From Escherichia phage vB-EcoP-XT73, in sequence record OR757436.1: a stretch of 64,000 bases of DNA. One strand, 5' to 3'. Made by a program: the position numbers and the translations under genes. The stretch's first letter is position 1, and the number at the start of each line of letters is the position of its first letter. The notes beneath the pieces are model-generated. The model searched no databases and was not told where the DNA came from. It worked only from the letters and a program-made list of their open reading frames with translations. Positions 19,713-30,197 of the stretch are shown piece by piece.

Positions 19713-20131
19713 GAACTGACATGATCACACAAGCAGATAAAAATAAACTCTTCGACTTAATCCACGATCTATTAGAAGCTCAGAGCTTTATTGACAATGC
19801 CGAGACTTGGGAGATGGAAGCAGCTGGAAAAGCTTTTGATGAAAGCGAAGAGAAACTTACTAATTTTATAAACACAATCTAGGAGGGTATATGAATGAAG
19901 AAGTTGTTATCCTTGGCAGTAAATCAGATTGGTTCTATGGAGGCATCTCAGGATGCTTTGAAGATGAACATCCAGATTTCTGAAGAGAATTGGGATGTAT
20001 GAGGATGAATTTGATGGATTTTGAAAAGATAAAACAGAGCAAAATTGATATGATGAAAAAATTCAAAGCGGCTTATGATAAAGCTGTTAAAGAAGGAACT
20101 ATCACTTACAAGAAAATCTAGAAATAAATAA

Positions 20132-20165
20132 AGCCCCTTCCTTTCGGTTGGGGCTTTTCTTTTAT
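20132..20165. terminator. bidirectional terminator at the convergence of the plus and minus blocks
   Basis: agcccc-ttcctttcggtt-ggggct hairpin with T-rich flank (tttcttttat) on the plus strand and an A/T-rich flank on the other; lies between the last plus gene and the minus-gene stop at 20165. Confidence 0.6.
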
Positions 20166-23100
20166 CACTCCTTAGGTCGAACTCTTACACGGAGTCTCGA
20201 TTGACGCTTACTGCGTTCAAGCTTCTCTGACAATGAGCCACGTTTAATCTTCGGCTTCCCTTCGTCATTAAACTTCTCCAAGAACTGCAAGTACTCAGTA
20301 CGATTCGTTGTCTTGTAAGAAGGAATCTTAACATCAGGGTTCTCTTCAATCACACGTCTCATCTTCGCTACATCATCCCTGCCAAGCAACTTACTCTTAG
20401 CCTGTTCAGCTGTAGAACCAAAGATCTTCTCCAGTGCTCTGGATTTGTTACCACCTGCGGAAGAAGCACCAAGTTTAGCAATAGCAGAATAATCATCAGC
20501 ACTAAACCAAGCTACCGGATTATCGCCATACTTCTTCTTGTTTTCAGCAGCAGTCTGCAATGCACGTACAAAGCGACGGTTGTTACCAGCCTTATCTGCA
20601 CCATGAACCCTGTCTAAAACTTCAGCCACACTAGCTAACTCATCCAAGCTCTTCCCACTCAAGAAAGCTTTCTCTACTTTATCAGCAAAGACTTCTTCCT
20701 GCTGCTTAATACTTTCCAAGATATCAGAATTTGCTTGAGATTTTTCATCGTCAGGCAGAGCAGAACGAATCTTCTCCATCTCCATCTCTTCCTCTTGCAG
20801 TTTCTTAATATCAGAGTCAACCTTCTGAGCTTCCTCAATAGCCTTCCTAGTATCCGAATCCAAATTATCAATCTTACCTTCAGTATCTCCAGTAACCTTA
20901 ACAATCTCTTTCTCGATAGGAGTCATTGATTCGTACTTCTTAGCAAACTTCTCAACATCAGCCTCGATACGAGAACGAGCATTCTGATGTTCAGTTGGAG
21001 TCATAGGCTTCTCAAGAAGTGCATAACGGTTATCCATGTAGGAACCAGCAAACGCTTCAGCATCCTCTCTAGATATGCCCTTATCTTCCATAGTACGCAC
21101 CAGACGGCGATGAATGTCATCACGTTGACGTTGTACTGCCATAAGGTCATTCTCACGCTCTTGGGCCGCTTTAAGCTCTTCACTGCGCTTAACTCTCTTG
21201 TCCACATCAAACTTACGGTTCATCTCTTCCGCTTGCTCATACATCTTGTTCCACTTGGCCTGACGAGCATCTTCCTCTGCATCAGTTAAACGACGCTGAC
21301 GATCAAGGTAATCTGACTCGGCGTTGTGGATACGTTCAATGTAACTACGGAACTTCTCTGGAGGAACTGGAGAGTTCTTGTCATGGTGAGCAGCCAACTG
21401 TTTCAATGTACGAGATTCCTGAGCCTCACGAACAGGTTTAGGTAAACCTTCCATCATCTTCTCAATCTCACTCTTCTGAGCTGCAATAGCCTCTAGAGTT
21501 TTACGTTCATTCTCAACAGCAGCCTTAGCATCTGAACGAGCCTGAGCTTTGTTTTTCAGAGTGGCAAGACGTTCTTCACGAGCCTGTAAATGCTTAGCAG
21601 CAGCTTCATACTGAGAGTTCTTGTTAGCTTTGTTGAAGGCATTCACTTCTCTGTTATAGGTGTTAATAAACCCATCCCAAACATCCTTCATCTGACCAAC
21701 TTCCAAAGCCTCTTCTCTACCAGCCTTCTCTGAAGATTTAAACTTCCCATCTACATAATCATTCATCAGCTTACGCATAGCATCTTTCTGAGCAGGACGT
21801 AAAGGTTCTGAATCAATCAAAGTGTCAATCTCAGACTGAAGCTCTTTCTTCTGGTCAACCAGTTTAGGAGCATCTTTCTTATCAAAAGCTTTGTTCTCTT
21901 CTAGAGCTTGTTGATACAGTCTATCAAACTCATCCTCACGCTGCTTCTGATACAATCTTTCAGCACGACGTTTCAGACTATCCAAGTTAGTAACGTTCCC
22001 ACCTAAACCTTTCTCTTCAGCACGTAATGCCTTAGTAGCAATATCTTCTGGCAGACCACGTTCCTTAACCCATTCAGCAAAATTAGTTCGTACAGTGTTG
22101 TTCTTAGCAGTAGCAATACCTTGCTGAGAAGACAACTGGTTACGAGCCATTTCTTCATGACGTTCAGTGTTGATAGCATTATCTTCCTGACGAATACGAC
22201 GCATCAATTCCTTAGGATCACCTTTATAAGCCAAGAAGTTTTCAGCAGTAGCTTTAGCCTTAGCAGCCTTAGAGTACAGAGAACGAGCAAAGCGTTCTGC
22301 ACGATCTTTAGTAGCCTGACGAGCAGCACTAGACATAGCAGCTAAACGTTCTACACCACTTGCCGGTTTAACGTCCTGTACAGCTTCCTTAGGAGCTTTA
22401 GGAGCACGGGCAGGTAATGGCTCAGCTTTGACTGTTGGTTCCTCTACGGTTGGTTCTGGAGCCTGTGCGGCCTCTTCTTGAGCACGTTGCTGTTCCATTG
22501 CACGACGTTCCTCTAAAGGGTTACGAGCAGGGAGAGGTTCAGCCTGTGGAGCTTGTTCGACCGGAGCTTCTTGAGCCTGTGCTGCCTCTTCTTCAGCGCG
22601 ACGCTGTTCAGCCTGACGGATAGCACGTCTTTGCGCAACTAAATCACGAGCTGTAAGAGGGGTTTCTTGAGGAGCAGAAGAAGAAAGATTTTCTTCCGTC
22701 ACAGTACTAGAAGAAGGCTCCCGAACCGGTTCGGTTTCTACGTCATTTTGCGTCTTAAATTTAATGTCACCAACAACTGGTTCTTCTTCCATTTTAGCAC
22801 GAGCTTCATCAGCAGTAGACTTAGCACGAGCAACTTCCAAATCACCACGAGCCAGAGAGCGGATAGCTTCACTGTTAGATTCTTGTTGCTTAACACGTTG
22901 AGAGCGAGCACGCTGAGAAGAGAAGCGATTCAGAGCATACTTAGCAGCACCGAGTGTGTTCATAACCAGACTAGGAGAAGAAGCCTCACGGAATCCATCA
23001 TCAGTCAGGGACGTCCAACCACGGTCTTGGTTGCTCATGAACTTAGCTGTATTATTCAGAGTGTAAGCATCTTGAATAGGATTAAAACCTTCAGGCATAC

Positions 23101-24586
23101 CTTTCAGTTTCTTCAACCCACCAATAGCTTTCTTCATCTCTGGAGAAACATTATCAGCCATCTTCTGTAGTTCAGCAGCTTTCTCTACAAAGTTATTAAA
23201 GTCTTCACCATCACGAGCTTTGAATCGATTTGCTTCATTGTAGAAAGTCTTGTAAGCATCAATGAAATCACGGTCAGCTTGTGTACGGTTCTTAATGTCA
23301 ATCGGACTACCAGTAAAATCACCAGAAGCTCGGAGAGAAACTAACTCACGATCAAGATTATCCAGAACATCTGTAAGAGCTTTAGTGTTATCCTTTGTGT
23401 AATCAGCCATTGCATCTTTCATAGCAACAGCTTGCTTCTGGTTGTGCTCGTTATCAGCGAATGCTTTACCACGAACTTTAGAAGGAGAAGCCAAAGGATT
23501 GAGGCCAGGAATGTTAGAATGTTCTTTCTGAACAGAAGCAGCTTTCTCGGCACGAGCTTGGTCTGTATTAAGGATGCGCTGAGCAGCAGGAGAGTCTACA
23601 GCAACAGCATCTGTGATACGGAATCCGTTCTCATCCAGAAGGTTAAGGGCAGAAGCGGCGTTAGCAGTTTCAGCTTTAGAGTATGCTTCTTTCAGCTCAT
23701 CAATGTTCTTAGCACTACGAATTAATTCATCATCAGCAGCAATGTCAGTCTTTGCATACTCTGGAGTATTCTTAAAGACAGCAGAATCTGGACGACTAAT
23801 CAAACCATGGACACCACCAACTGCACCACCGAATGCAGCACCCATAGCGCCTTCTTCAATAGCACCTTCTAAGACATTAGAAAAGGTTGTGTCATCACCA
23901 TGTTTGTTCTGAGCTTCAGCAGCACCTACAAGAGCACCACCTTTAGCACCAGCCACTGCGTTACTAGCAACGTTCTGACCAATACGACCAAGTGTAGACT
24001 CAGCTGTACCAACAGCACCCGGAAGGATTCTCTGAGCTGCATAGTTAGCACCACCAACTAGAGCGGCATCCAGAACAGACTTATCTTCTCCCTCTTCAGG
24101 AGTTTGGTCTGCATATGCACGACCTGTCTCACGACCTGCAATGATAGCAGCGGCAGCTAATGGGTTAGCAACAGTCAAACCAATATCACCAACAACGCCA
24201 GCATATTGCCCAGCAGTTTTACCAATCCCATCCTCAATCTTATCCATACGATCTTTCAGAAGGTTCTGAGAGTTCTCTTGGATACGCTTACCATAACTAG
24301 TTTGTGCTCCAGCTAGATTCTCACCAATCTCAACTAAACCACCAATACCTTTAGCAGCACTAGCTGCAATGTTTGCACCACCAGATTGAAGAGCATTTGA
24401 CACACCTTGAGCAAACTCACCTATAGCACCACGTTCTTCTTGTTGTGGTTGTGCTACTGGTTGTTCCTCAGGAATAGAGCCACCTGCTGCCTTATATTGT
24501 TCTCTCATTTGAGCTTGACGCTCCGGAGAGGCATTCAGATACGCAGGAGCTTTGGAAGCTTCTTCCCACGGTTTAATGTTAGCCAT
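20165..24586 (-). CDS. large internal virion / ejection protein (about 1470 aa)
   Basis: Gly/Ala-rich N-terminal third, then long charged helical regions. Start taken at MANIKPW (ATG about 24586), preceded by AAAGGAGACG; the track ORF extends 15 codons further upstream. Confidence 0.55.
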   Translation of the reverse strand: MANIKPWEEASKAPAYLNASPERQAQMREQYKAAGGSIPEEQPVAQPQQEERGAIGEFAQGVSNALQSGGANIAASAAKGIGGLVEIGENLAGAQTSYGKRIQENSQNLLKDRMDKIEDGIGKTAGQYAGVVGDIGLTVANPLAAAAIIAGRETGRAYADQTPEEGEDKSVLDAALVGGANYAAQRILPGAVGTAESTLGRIGQNVASNAVAGAKGGALVGAAEAQNKHGDDTTFSNVLEGAIEEGAMGAAFGGAVGGVHGLISRPDSAVFKNTPEYAKTDIAADDELIRSAKNIDELKEAYSKAETANAASALNLLDENGFRITDAVAVDSPAAQRILNTDQARAEKAASVQKEHSNIPGLNPLASPSKVRGKAFADNEHNQKQAVAMKDAMADYTKDNTKALTDVLDNLDRELVSLRASGDFTGSPIDIKNRTQADRDFIDAYKTFYNEANRFKARDGEDFNNFVEKAAELQKMADNVSPEMKKAIGGLKKLKGMPEGFNPIQDAYTLNNTAKFMSNQDRGWTSLTDDGFREASSPSLVMNTLGAAKYALNRFSSQRARSQRVKQQESNSEAIRSLARGDLEVARAKSTADEARAKMEEEPVVGDIKFKTQNDVETEPVREPSSSTVTEENLSSSAPQETPLTARDLVAQRRAIRQAEQRRAEEEAAQAQEAPVEQAPQAEPLPARNPLEERRAMEQQRAQEEAAQAPEPTVEEPTVKAEPLPARAPKAPKEAVQDVKPASGVERLAAMSSAARQATKDRAERFARSLYSKAAKAKATAENFLAYKGDPKELMRRIRQEDNAINTERHEEMARNQLSSQQGIATAKNNTVRTNFAEWVKERGLPEDIATKALRAEEKGLGGNVTNLDSLKRRAERLYQKQREDEFDRLYQQALEENKAFDKKDAPKLVDQKKELQSEIDTLIDSEPLRPAQKDAMRKLMNDYVDGKFKSSEKAGREEALEVGQMKDVWDGFINTYNREVNAFNKANKNSQYEAAAKHLQAREERLATLKNKAQARSDAKAAVENERKTLEAIAAQKSEIEKMMEGLPKPVREAQESRTLKQLAAHHDKNSPVPPEKFRSYIERIHNAESDYLDRQRRLTDAEEDARQAKWNKMYEQAEEMNRKFDVDKRVKRSEELKAAQERENDLMAVQRQRDDIHRRLVRTMEDKGISREDAEAFAGSYMDNRYALLEKPMTPTEHQNARSRIEADVEKFAKKYESMTPIEKEIVKVTGDTEGKIDNLDSDTRKAIEEAQKVDSDIKKLQEEEMEMEKIRSALPDDEKSQANSDILESIKQQEEVFADKVEKAFLSGKSLDELASVAEVLDRVHGADKAGNNRRFVRALQTAAENKKKYGDNPVAWFSADDYSAIAKLGASSAGGNKSRALEKIFGSTAEQAKSKLLGRDDVAKMRRVIEENPDVKIPSYKTTNRTEYLQFLEKFNDEGKPKIKRGSLSEKLERSKRQSRLRVRVRPKE

Positions 24587-24624
24587 AACGTCTCCTTTTA
24601 TAAATAAAAATGTCCTACCCCCTA

Positions 24625-24633
24625 TATACATTA
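24625..24633 (-). promoter_or_regulatory. TAATGTATA promoter-like motif (minus strand) upstream of the large virion protein gene
   Basis: Plus-strand tatacatta about 40 bp upstream of the minus-strand start. Confidence 0.45.
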
Positions 24634-24653
24634 TAGAAGGCAGGACTTAGGTC

Positions 24654-26309
24654 TTATTGAGCGAACCAGCTGGTGTCTTCAACAGCTGATAAAGCACCGT
24701 TTAGTTTAGGATTGGTTGCTGCACCACCAACTGCCTCTTCTGCCTGTTCAGAGAAAACACCGAGTGGGTCATAGAAACCACCAGAAGGAATTGCACGGTT
24801 AACCAATGCAGTAGCCCTCTTCTTATCCATACCTGAACCAATGTACGCTTCGATAGTAGCTCTCTTAGCATCAGCAACACCTTTCATTGCAGATGTATGA
24901 CCAACATTAGCCTGCTTACGGGCATAAGAAAGAGCAGAGTCAGTAGGACGCCATCCTGACTTAAGAGCAAACTTGTTGCCAACACGAATGAAGATTGATG
25001 GGTCTTCTGCGAAGTGTCCCAAGTCTTCTTCGGTAAGGGAACGAGTAGCACCGATTTCAGCCCTTGCGGAGTTCATGATAGCCTGCATGTAAGCAGAACG
25101 AGCTGTCTGGTAGTCTTTATCTTTAACTGCTTTGTCAGCCAAATCCAAGTCTTTGTTGGACTGGTTAAACAGACCACCTTTCTCTGCCCACTGCTTAGCA
25201 ACTGTACCTTCAGCTGTGTTCTGAGCAAGACGAACTTCTTTCGGGTTAAAGTTAAAACTCTGAGCAACTTGTTCAGCACGTTCAGCCTTAACTTTATCAC
25301 GATAACCAATCAACTCTTTCTGACGTTCAAAGTTCATGTCAGTTCTCTTTTCAGCAGCACGACGAGTTTCCTCAGCACGTTCACGCATAGACTGCTCTTG
25401 AATCTGTTGACGTCTATCCCATTCAGCATTCTGACGTTCTTCACGAGCAGCATACAGAGCTTCCTGTTGAAGAGGGTCTTTAGCTTTCATCTTCAGAAGA
25501 GAAGGATCACCCTGAGCTATAGCAGCTGCAATTGAGTCTTGAGAGAAACCTTGTTCAATCAGAGCATCACGGTTAGCTTCCAGTTGCTTTTTAGTCTCAT
25601 CTTGATTAGCCATCCCCTGACCAATCTGGAATGCTTCGATAGGAGATTTACCTGACATGATAGAAAGACCTACACCCATTAAACCTGTATAGAAACTAGA
25701 GTTCTGATAGAAAGGTTCTTTCTGTAACTTCTTCCAAGCTTCTGAAGGATCTTTAGCTTTTGCAACTTGCAAGATATCATTGTTAACACGCTCTTGATCT
25801 TTAGTACGAGTAGCAGCAGCCATTCCGTCACCGGTGTCTTGTCCTTGAGCAAGAGTATTAACAACACCTTGTGCTTGTTCAACCTGAGAAGGAGTAAACT
25901 CCATAGGACCAGTTTCTAGTGGCTTGGCAGGAGGTGTCACCGGAAGAGGGTCACTAGGCATAAGTCCAGCATCCTGCAAACCTTGATCAGTAGATAAATT
26001 AGGATTAGCTGCTACAGGGGCTGGTGCTCCAATGTCAATACCCTGAAGACTTGTTGGGGTTCCTTGATTCTGTTGTTCCATAAGACGTTGCTGGAATCCC
26101 GGATTCACCATAGCATTCTGATCTTCTTCTGCCTGAGAGACAAGACCTGCGAGAGATGAAGGTACAGCAGGACGCTGGTACATAGAAACATCCGCTGTCT
26201 GAGTAGGTCTAGCCATATAAGGAGAGGCCGAAGCCGCTCCCGGATTAACACCATAGAAAGTATTTCTCGGGTCACGACTTCTGACCTGAGCGTAAGTTGT
26301 CTGTTGCAT
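24654..26309 (-). CDS. virion structural protein (internal protein candidate)
   Basis: 551 aa; in the virion block, tightly spaced with neighbours. Confidence 0.45.
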   Translation of the reverse strand: MQQTTYAQVRSRDPRNTFYGVNPGAASASPYMARPTQTADVSMYQRPAVPSSLAGLVSQAEEDQNAMVNPGFQQRLMEQQNQGTPTSLQGIDIGAPAPVAANPNLSTDQGLQDAGLMPSDPLPVTPPAKPLETGPMEFTPSQVEQAQGVVNTLAQGQDTGDGMAAATRTKDQERVNNDILQVAKAKDPSEAWKKLQKEPFYQNSSFYTGLMGVGLSIMSGKSPIEAFQIGQGMANQDETKKQLEANRDALIEQGFSQDSIAAAIAQGDPSLLKMKAKDPLQQEALYAAREERQNAEWDRRQQIQEQSMRERAEETRRAAEKRTDMNFERQKELIGYRDKVKAERAEQVAQSFNFNPKEVRLAQNTAEGTVAKQWAEKGGLFNQSNKDLDLADKAVKDKDYQTARSAYMQAIMNSARAEIGATRSLTEEDLGHFAEDPSIFIRVGNKFALKSGWRPTDSALSYARKQANVGHTSAMKGVADAKRATIEAYIGSGMDKKRATALVNRAIPSGGFYDPLGVFSEQAEEAVGGAATNPKLNGALSAVEDTSWFAQ

Positions 26310-26322
26310 ATTTATCTCCTAA

Positions 26323-27291
26323 TTAAGAACTAGCCATCCCGCCAATCACCCCTCCAGCCAAGGCACCCCAAGGACCAAAAGAAGAGCCAGCTGCTGCACC
26401 ACTCATAGCTCCACCAAGGAAACCACCTTTGCCACCAGATGTTTTAGTAGTTGTAGTTTGTCCGAGAGCACCGTTAAGTACACCTGCTGCACCTAGTTGG
26501 TTGTTAATGTCCTGCCATCCCCAGTTAGCTGCGTTCTGAGCATTCTGGTAGGCATTATCATATTCATTCTGTTGTTGCTGTTGTTGCTGCAACCCTGCAT
26601 TCCATTGATTCATCATTTGCTGTTGAGACAAATTAGCACCTTGCTGGCCTAAGTTAGAAAGATTAGAACCGATAGTAGAAAGACCTGAGAGAGCAGCTGC
26701 CTGATTCTGCCTATTACCAGAGAGGATGCTTTCAGCTTGACTAATAGCTGAGTTATAGGCGCTATTGGTAATATCTGTTGCTTGTCCTTGCATCTGATTC
26801 AGAGCATCGCCTTGAGCGAAAGATTTAGCCATACGAGCACCTGAACCCTGCTGACCAGCATACTGTTGAGCTAACTGAGGCAAAGCATTACGTGCTAGGT
26901 TCTGTTGAACTTGTTCGTTATTAGCTGTAATAGCTGCTTGCACAGCATCGTCATCATACAATTGACCAGCAAGAGCACCAATCTGTTCTCCAGTAACCCC
27001 ACCTTGTCCAGAAAGGCTCTGGTAGCCTTTATAGGCATTATCTAGATAACCCAACCCTTGGCCTGCTGCATCCATGTATTGTTGTGAGAGAGTCCCTAGA
27101 GCACCAGATTGTGCCAAGTTGTTAAGAGCTTCTGTCTGGTTGTTATTAAACCCTACATTGTCACGATAAACATAATCCCCTGAACTAGTATTACCAATCT
27201 GCTGGTTAAGCTGGTCAATATACTGTTGAATGTATTCAGGGCGAATCATTTGAGAAGTAGTCTTACTACCCCCGCCTCCGAAAAGTCCCAT
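26323..27291 (-). CDS. Q/N/G-rich low-complexity virion protein
   Basis: 322 aa with poly-Q (QQQQQQQNEY) and Gly-rich termini. Confidence 0.45.
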   Translation of the reverse strand: MGLFGGGGSKTTSQMIRPEYIQQYIDQLNQQIGNTSSGDYVYRDNVGFNNNQTEALNNLAQSGALGTLSQQYMDAAGQGLGYLDNAYKGYQSLSGQGGVTGEQIGALAGQLYDDDAVQAAITANNEQVQQNLARNALPQLAQQYAGQQGSGARMAKSFAQGDALNQMQGQATDITNSAYNSAISQAESILSGNRQNQAAALSGLSTIGSNLSNLGQQGANLSQQQMMNQWNAGLQQQQQQQNEYDNAYQNAQNAANWGWQDINNQLGAAGVLNGALGQTTTTKTSGGKGGFLGGAMSGAAAGSSFGPWGALAGGVIGGMASS

Positions 27292-27303
27292 ATTAAATCT
27301 CCT

Positions 27304-28350
27304 TTAGTTTGCTCCGAATGCCCCTAAGACCCCACCTAAGATATTATTACCCGTTGTGGATAACCAGTTAGACTGACCTTTCTGTTGAGAAAGATTAGAA
27401 CCTCCAATCATAGGACCAGCCATTCCAGATTGCCCACCTGAGTTGTTATAGGAACTCCAAGCATTCTGAGTCTGTTGGTTAGGAGAGAAAACTCCCATAC
27501 GACCTGCAATACCCAAACCAGTGATACCAGCACCTAGGAGCTGTTGTCCAGTATTAATCCCCGGAGCAGCATTCTTAATCGTGTATCCAGCCATAGGACT
27601 TACACTATTTAGTACATTAAGCTGATTGTTAAGCTGATTCCATCCATACTGCTGAGAGCCGATAGCATTCTGCCAATTAATATCAGCCTGAGCTTGGGCT
27701 TGTTGCTGTTGCAGATTGCCAGCCATGAGTTGATTCTGAATGGCCTGTTGAGTTGCCTGAACACCTTGAGCACCTAGGTTGAGGTTCTGTCCAGCTAGAC
27801 CGGATTGAGCACCAAGTAACCCTCTCTGGAAGTTCTGGTCTTGTTGCAAAGCACTTACACCCATATTCTTGCCACTGATAGTACGAGACAGGTTTGTATT
27901 AGCACCATTCAAAGCAGCCCCTTGAGCCGCAGCCCTACGGAGAGAACCAGAATCAGAGCCAAGAGAGACATTAGAAGCTGCTTTGCTAGTAGCTTGTGCA
28001 AGAGCTGAGTTGTTTAGTCCTTTACTAAAGTTATTAACACCCTCAGCCGTAACTCCACCACCATTGACAATATTCTGATACTGTTGAGCAAGAGAGTTGA
28101 GTTGGTCCAAACCTTGCTGTGTACGAGGTGTGTACATATCAGCTAATTGCTTTTGAGTTGTAGAAGCTGCTAAGTTATTCAGAGCACCTTGTTGGTTGCC
28201 ATTAAACCCAGCCAGCTGTTGGGAAATAAATCCCTGATCGTTGTTCTGCATATTCTGAGCATTAGCAACAATCTGCTTCAGCAGGGCATCAACCTGAGAG
28301 GAAGGAGCCACTGTGGTTTTGCTAGAAGCTGATTTTCCAAATAAAGACAT
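27304..28350 (-). CDS. Q/N/G-rich low-complexity virion protein
   Basis: 348 aa, similar composition to the adjacent gene. Confidence 0.45.
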   Translation of the reverse strand: MSLFGKSASSKTTVAPSSQVDALLKQIVANAQNMQNNDQGFISQQLAGFNGNQQGALNNLAASTTQKQLADMYTPRTQQGLDQLNSLAQQYQNIVNGGGVTAEGVNNFSKGLNNSALAQATSKAASNVSLGSDSGSLRRAAAQGAALNGANTNLSRTISGKNMGVSALQQDQNFQRGLLGAQSGLAGQNLNLGAQGVQATQQAIQNQLMAGNLQQQQAQAQADINWQNAIGSQQYGWNQLNNQLNVLNSVSPMAGYTIKNAAPGINTGQQLLGAGITGLGIAGRMGVFSPNQQTQNAWSSYNNSGGQSGMAGPMIGGSNLSQQKGQSNWLSTTGNNILGGVLGAFGAN

Positions 28351-28369
28351 AAGTCCTCCTTAATGACTA

Positions 28370-29152
28370 TTACTTAACACCAATGCTAGCCAAACGTCTA
28401 AGCACTGCTTGTGTTTGTGGACTGTACTGAGAACCTGCTGCATGAGGTGTACTCACTCTCTGAACTGTTTGAGAAGTAGGAGGTTTACCAGCAAGCATAG
28501 CAGCTACTCCTAATACTGCATTACCAAAGTTCTGTTGAGGCTTCTGGTCTTCACCTTCCTGTACTTCATCAGAGTAAAACTCTACCGGATTACCACCTAA
28601 AGCACCTGTCTTAGAAGCAGAAATCTCTGCCTGAGTTGGAGCTTGTGCAGCCTTCTCTCTATTTAGATTTTCTGGATTAAACTGGTTGACCGGTTGGACA
28701 GCTTGCAAAGCTCCAATAGGGTTAGCAATCTGAGAAGCTGCATCACCATAGAAAGGGAGAAAATGTTTGTTGTTCATTGAATCAAGAGCCTGAGGGGTAA
28801 ACCCTCTTTTACCAGCGAACATCTGCTTAGCACCACCTATACCTTCTGAATAACCAACCATTGCTTTCTTAACATCACCATTAAAAGCCTTTAAGTTATC
28901 TCTAATATAACGAGCACCCATGTCAATATTTTTTGCTGGGTCCAGTCTATCTTCCAGCTTATATCCATAGTCTTTAGCCAACCCTTTACTGATCTGCATT
29001 AAACCTACAGGACCAGTTCCAGAGGCCACTTTAGGACGTCCACTAGACTCTCTTTGGATTACAGCATGAATCAAAGCAGCTGGTATTCCATACTTCTTTG
29101 AAGCCTGTTGAACCATTGGGTCTAGTTCTTCAATACCCATTTTAATTGCCAT
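28370..29152 (-). CDS. lytic transglycosylase (SLT domain), probably virion-associated
   Basis: AALIHAVIQRESSGRP...GLMQI matches the SLT catalytic Glu-Ser and GLMQ motif. Confidence 0.75.
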   Translation of the reverse strand: MAIKMGIEELDPMVQQASKKYGIPAALIHAVIQRESSGRPKVASGTGPVGLMQISKGLAKDYGYKLEDRLDPAKNIDMGARYIRDNLKAFNGDVKKAMVGYSEGIGGAKQMFAGKRGFTPQALDSMNNKHFLPFYGDAASQIANPIGALQAVQPVNQFNPENLNREKAAQAPTQAEISASKTGALGGNPVEFYSDEVQEGEDQKPQQNFGNAVLGVAAMLAGKPPTSQTVQRVSTPHAAGSQYSPQTQAVLRRLASIGVK

Positions 29153-29164
29153 AATATCTCCTTG

Positions 29165-30196
29165 TTATAGTCCAGCAAAAACCTTAGCTGCATTCATTAC
29201 AGGAACTGATAGATTAACTACAGTGTCAGCTCCTAGGTCGTAATTTTGATCCCACTGAAATAGGTATCTTCCATAGCCAGTTCCTATGCTAGAGCCGCTC
29301 ATTGTGTGAGATCTCATTTGCTGATATCTCCATCCACTACCTTGGCCTTTTATTGCACCTATTCCAGAAGTAAGAGGTATCATAGGATACGACATTCCAG
29401 TGTTACCACCACCTGAACCTATAAAAGTATCTACAGTGAAAGGTGTTCTGTTAGTAGAGAAGACGCACTGAGTGGTGCCCGGAGAGTAGATATTCAAACC
29501 CCCGTTATGCTCAGGAACGCCAGCTCCGTTGCAGAATACGGCAATCCTCACAAAGACGGACCCTCCTTCATTAGTGTTTCCGTTGACATAAGGCCTATTC
29601 TGATAGACTCGAACAATCCTGTCATCAGATGTGTAAGATAAACCAACCCCTCCATCAGACCAATTAGCAAATACAACAGCATTGGTCATATTGAACCCAC
29701 CAATATTTGGTATCTGAAGGGAGTTGTTTATGGTCCCCTGCCAAGCCCAAATACATTGACCAACAACCCCACTATCCGATATTGAGAAGTAGTCTGCTGT
29801 ATTGGAAAAGGTAATTCCATAATTCCTATCCGCTCTAGGCCATATTTGGTATACGTTGAACCCACAGTCGAACAGAGGGTTACTACCTGGGTTCTGATTC
29901 AGAGTGACTCTAAAAGAGGAGTTGTTTTCTACGTAGATATCATTCACACAATAAACATCAGGAACTAGGTTAGGAGGGACTTCCCATTGCCAGCATAAAG
30001 AACCAGTAGGAACAATAACTATCTGACCACTGCCATCCCACCCACTAATAGGGAAAGACCTCCCTGCCCCGTTAAAGTTAAAACTTCCTCTTATACTATT
30101 CTTGAACTGAGGGAAAGTACTTCCACTGTCTATGAAAAGAGGGGCTGGTGTAGCTGGTCCCGGCCCTACCGGTTGTGTCCAAATTCCATATGCCAT
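29165..30196 (-). CDS. virion structural protein
   Basis: 343 aa, Gly/Ser/Asn-rich beta-type composition. Confidence 0.4.
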   Translation of the reverse strand: MAYGIWTQPVGPGPATPAPLFIDSGSTFPQFKNSIRGSFNFNGAGRSFPISGWDGSGQIVIVPTGSLCWQWEVPPNLVPDVYCVNDIYVENNSSFRVTLNQNPGSNPLFDCGFNVYQIWPRADRNYGITFSNTADYFSISDSGVVGQCIWAWQGTINNSLQIPNIGGFNMTNAVVFANWSDGGVGLSYTSDDRIVRVYQNRPYVNGNTNEGGSVFVRIAVFCNGAGVPEHNGGLNIYSPGTTQCVFSTNRTPFTVDTFIGSGGGNTGMSYPMIPLTSGIGAIKGQGSGWRYQQMRSHTMSGSSIGTGYGRYLFQWDQNYDLGADTVVNLSVPVMNAAKVFAGL

Positions 30197-30197
30197 A

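Noticed and set aside
20674-25535. Several plus-strand ORFs inside the large virion protein genes (for example 22667..23170 and 25014..25535)
   Set aside because: They are antisense to long, well-supported minus-strand genes and have low-complexity, stop-avoiding composition typical of shadow ORFs.
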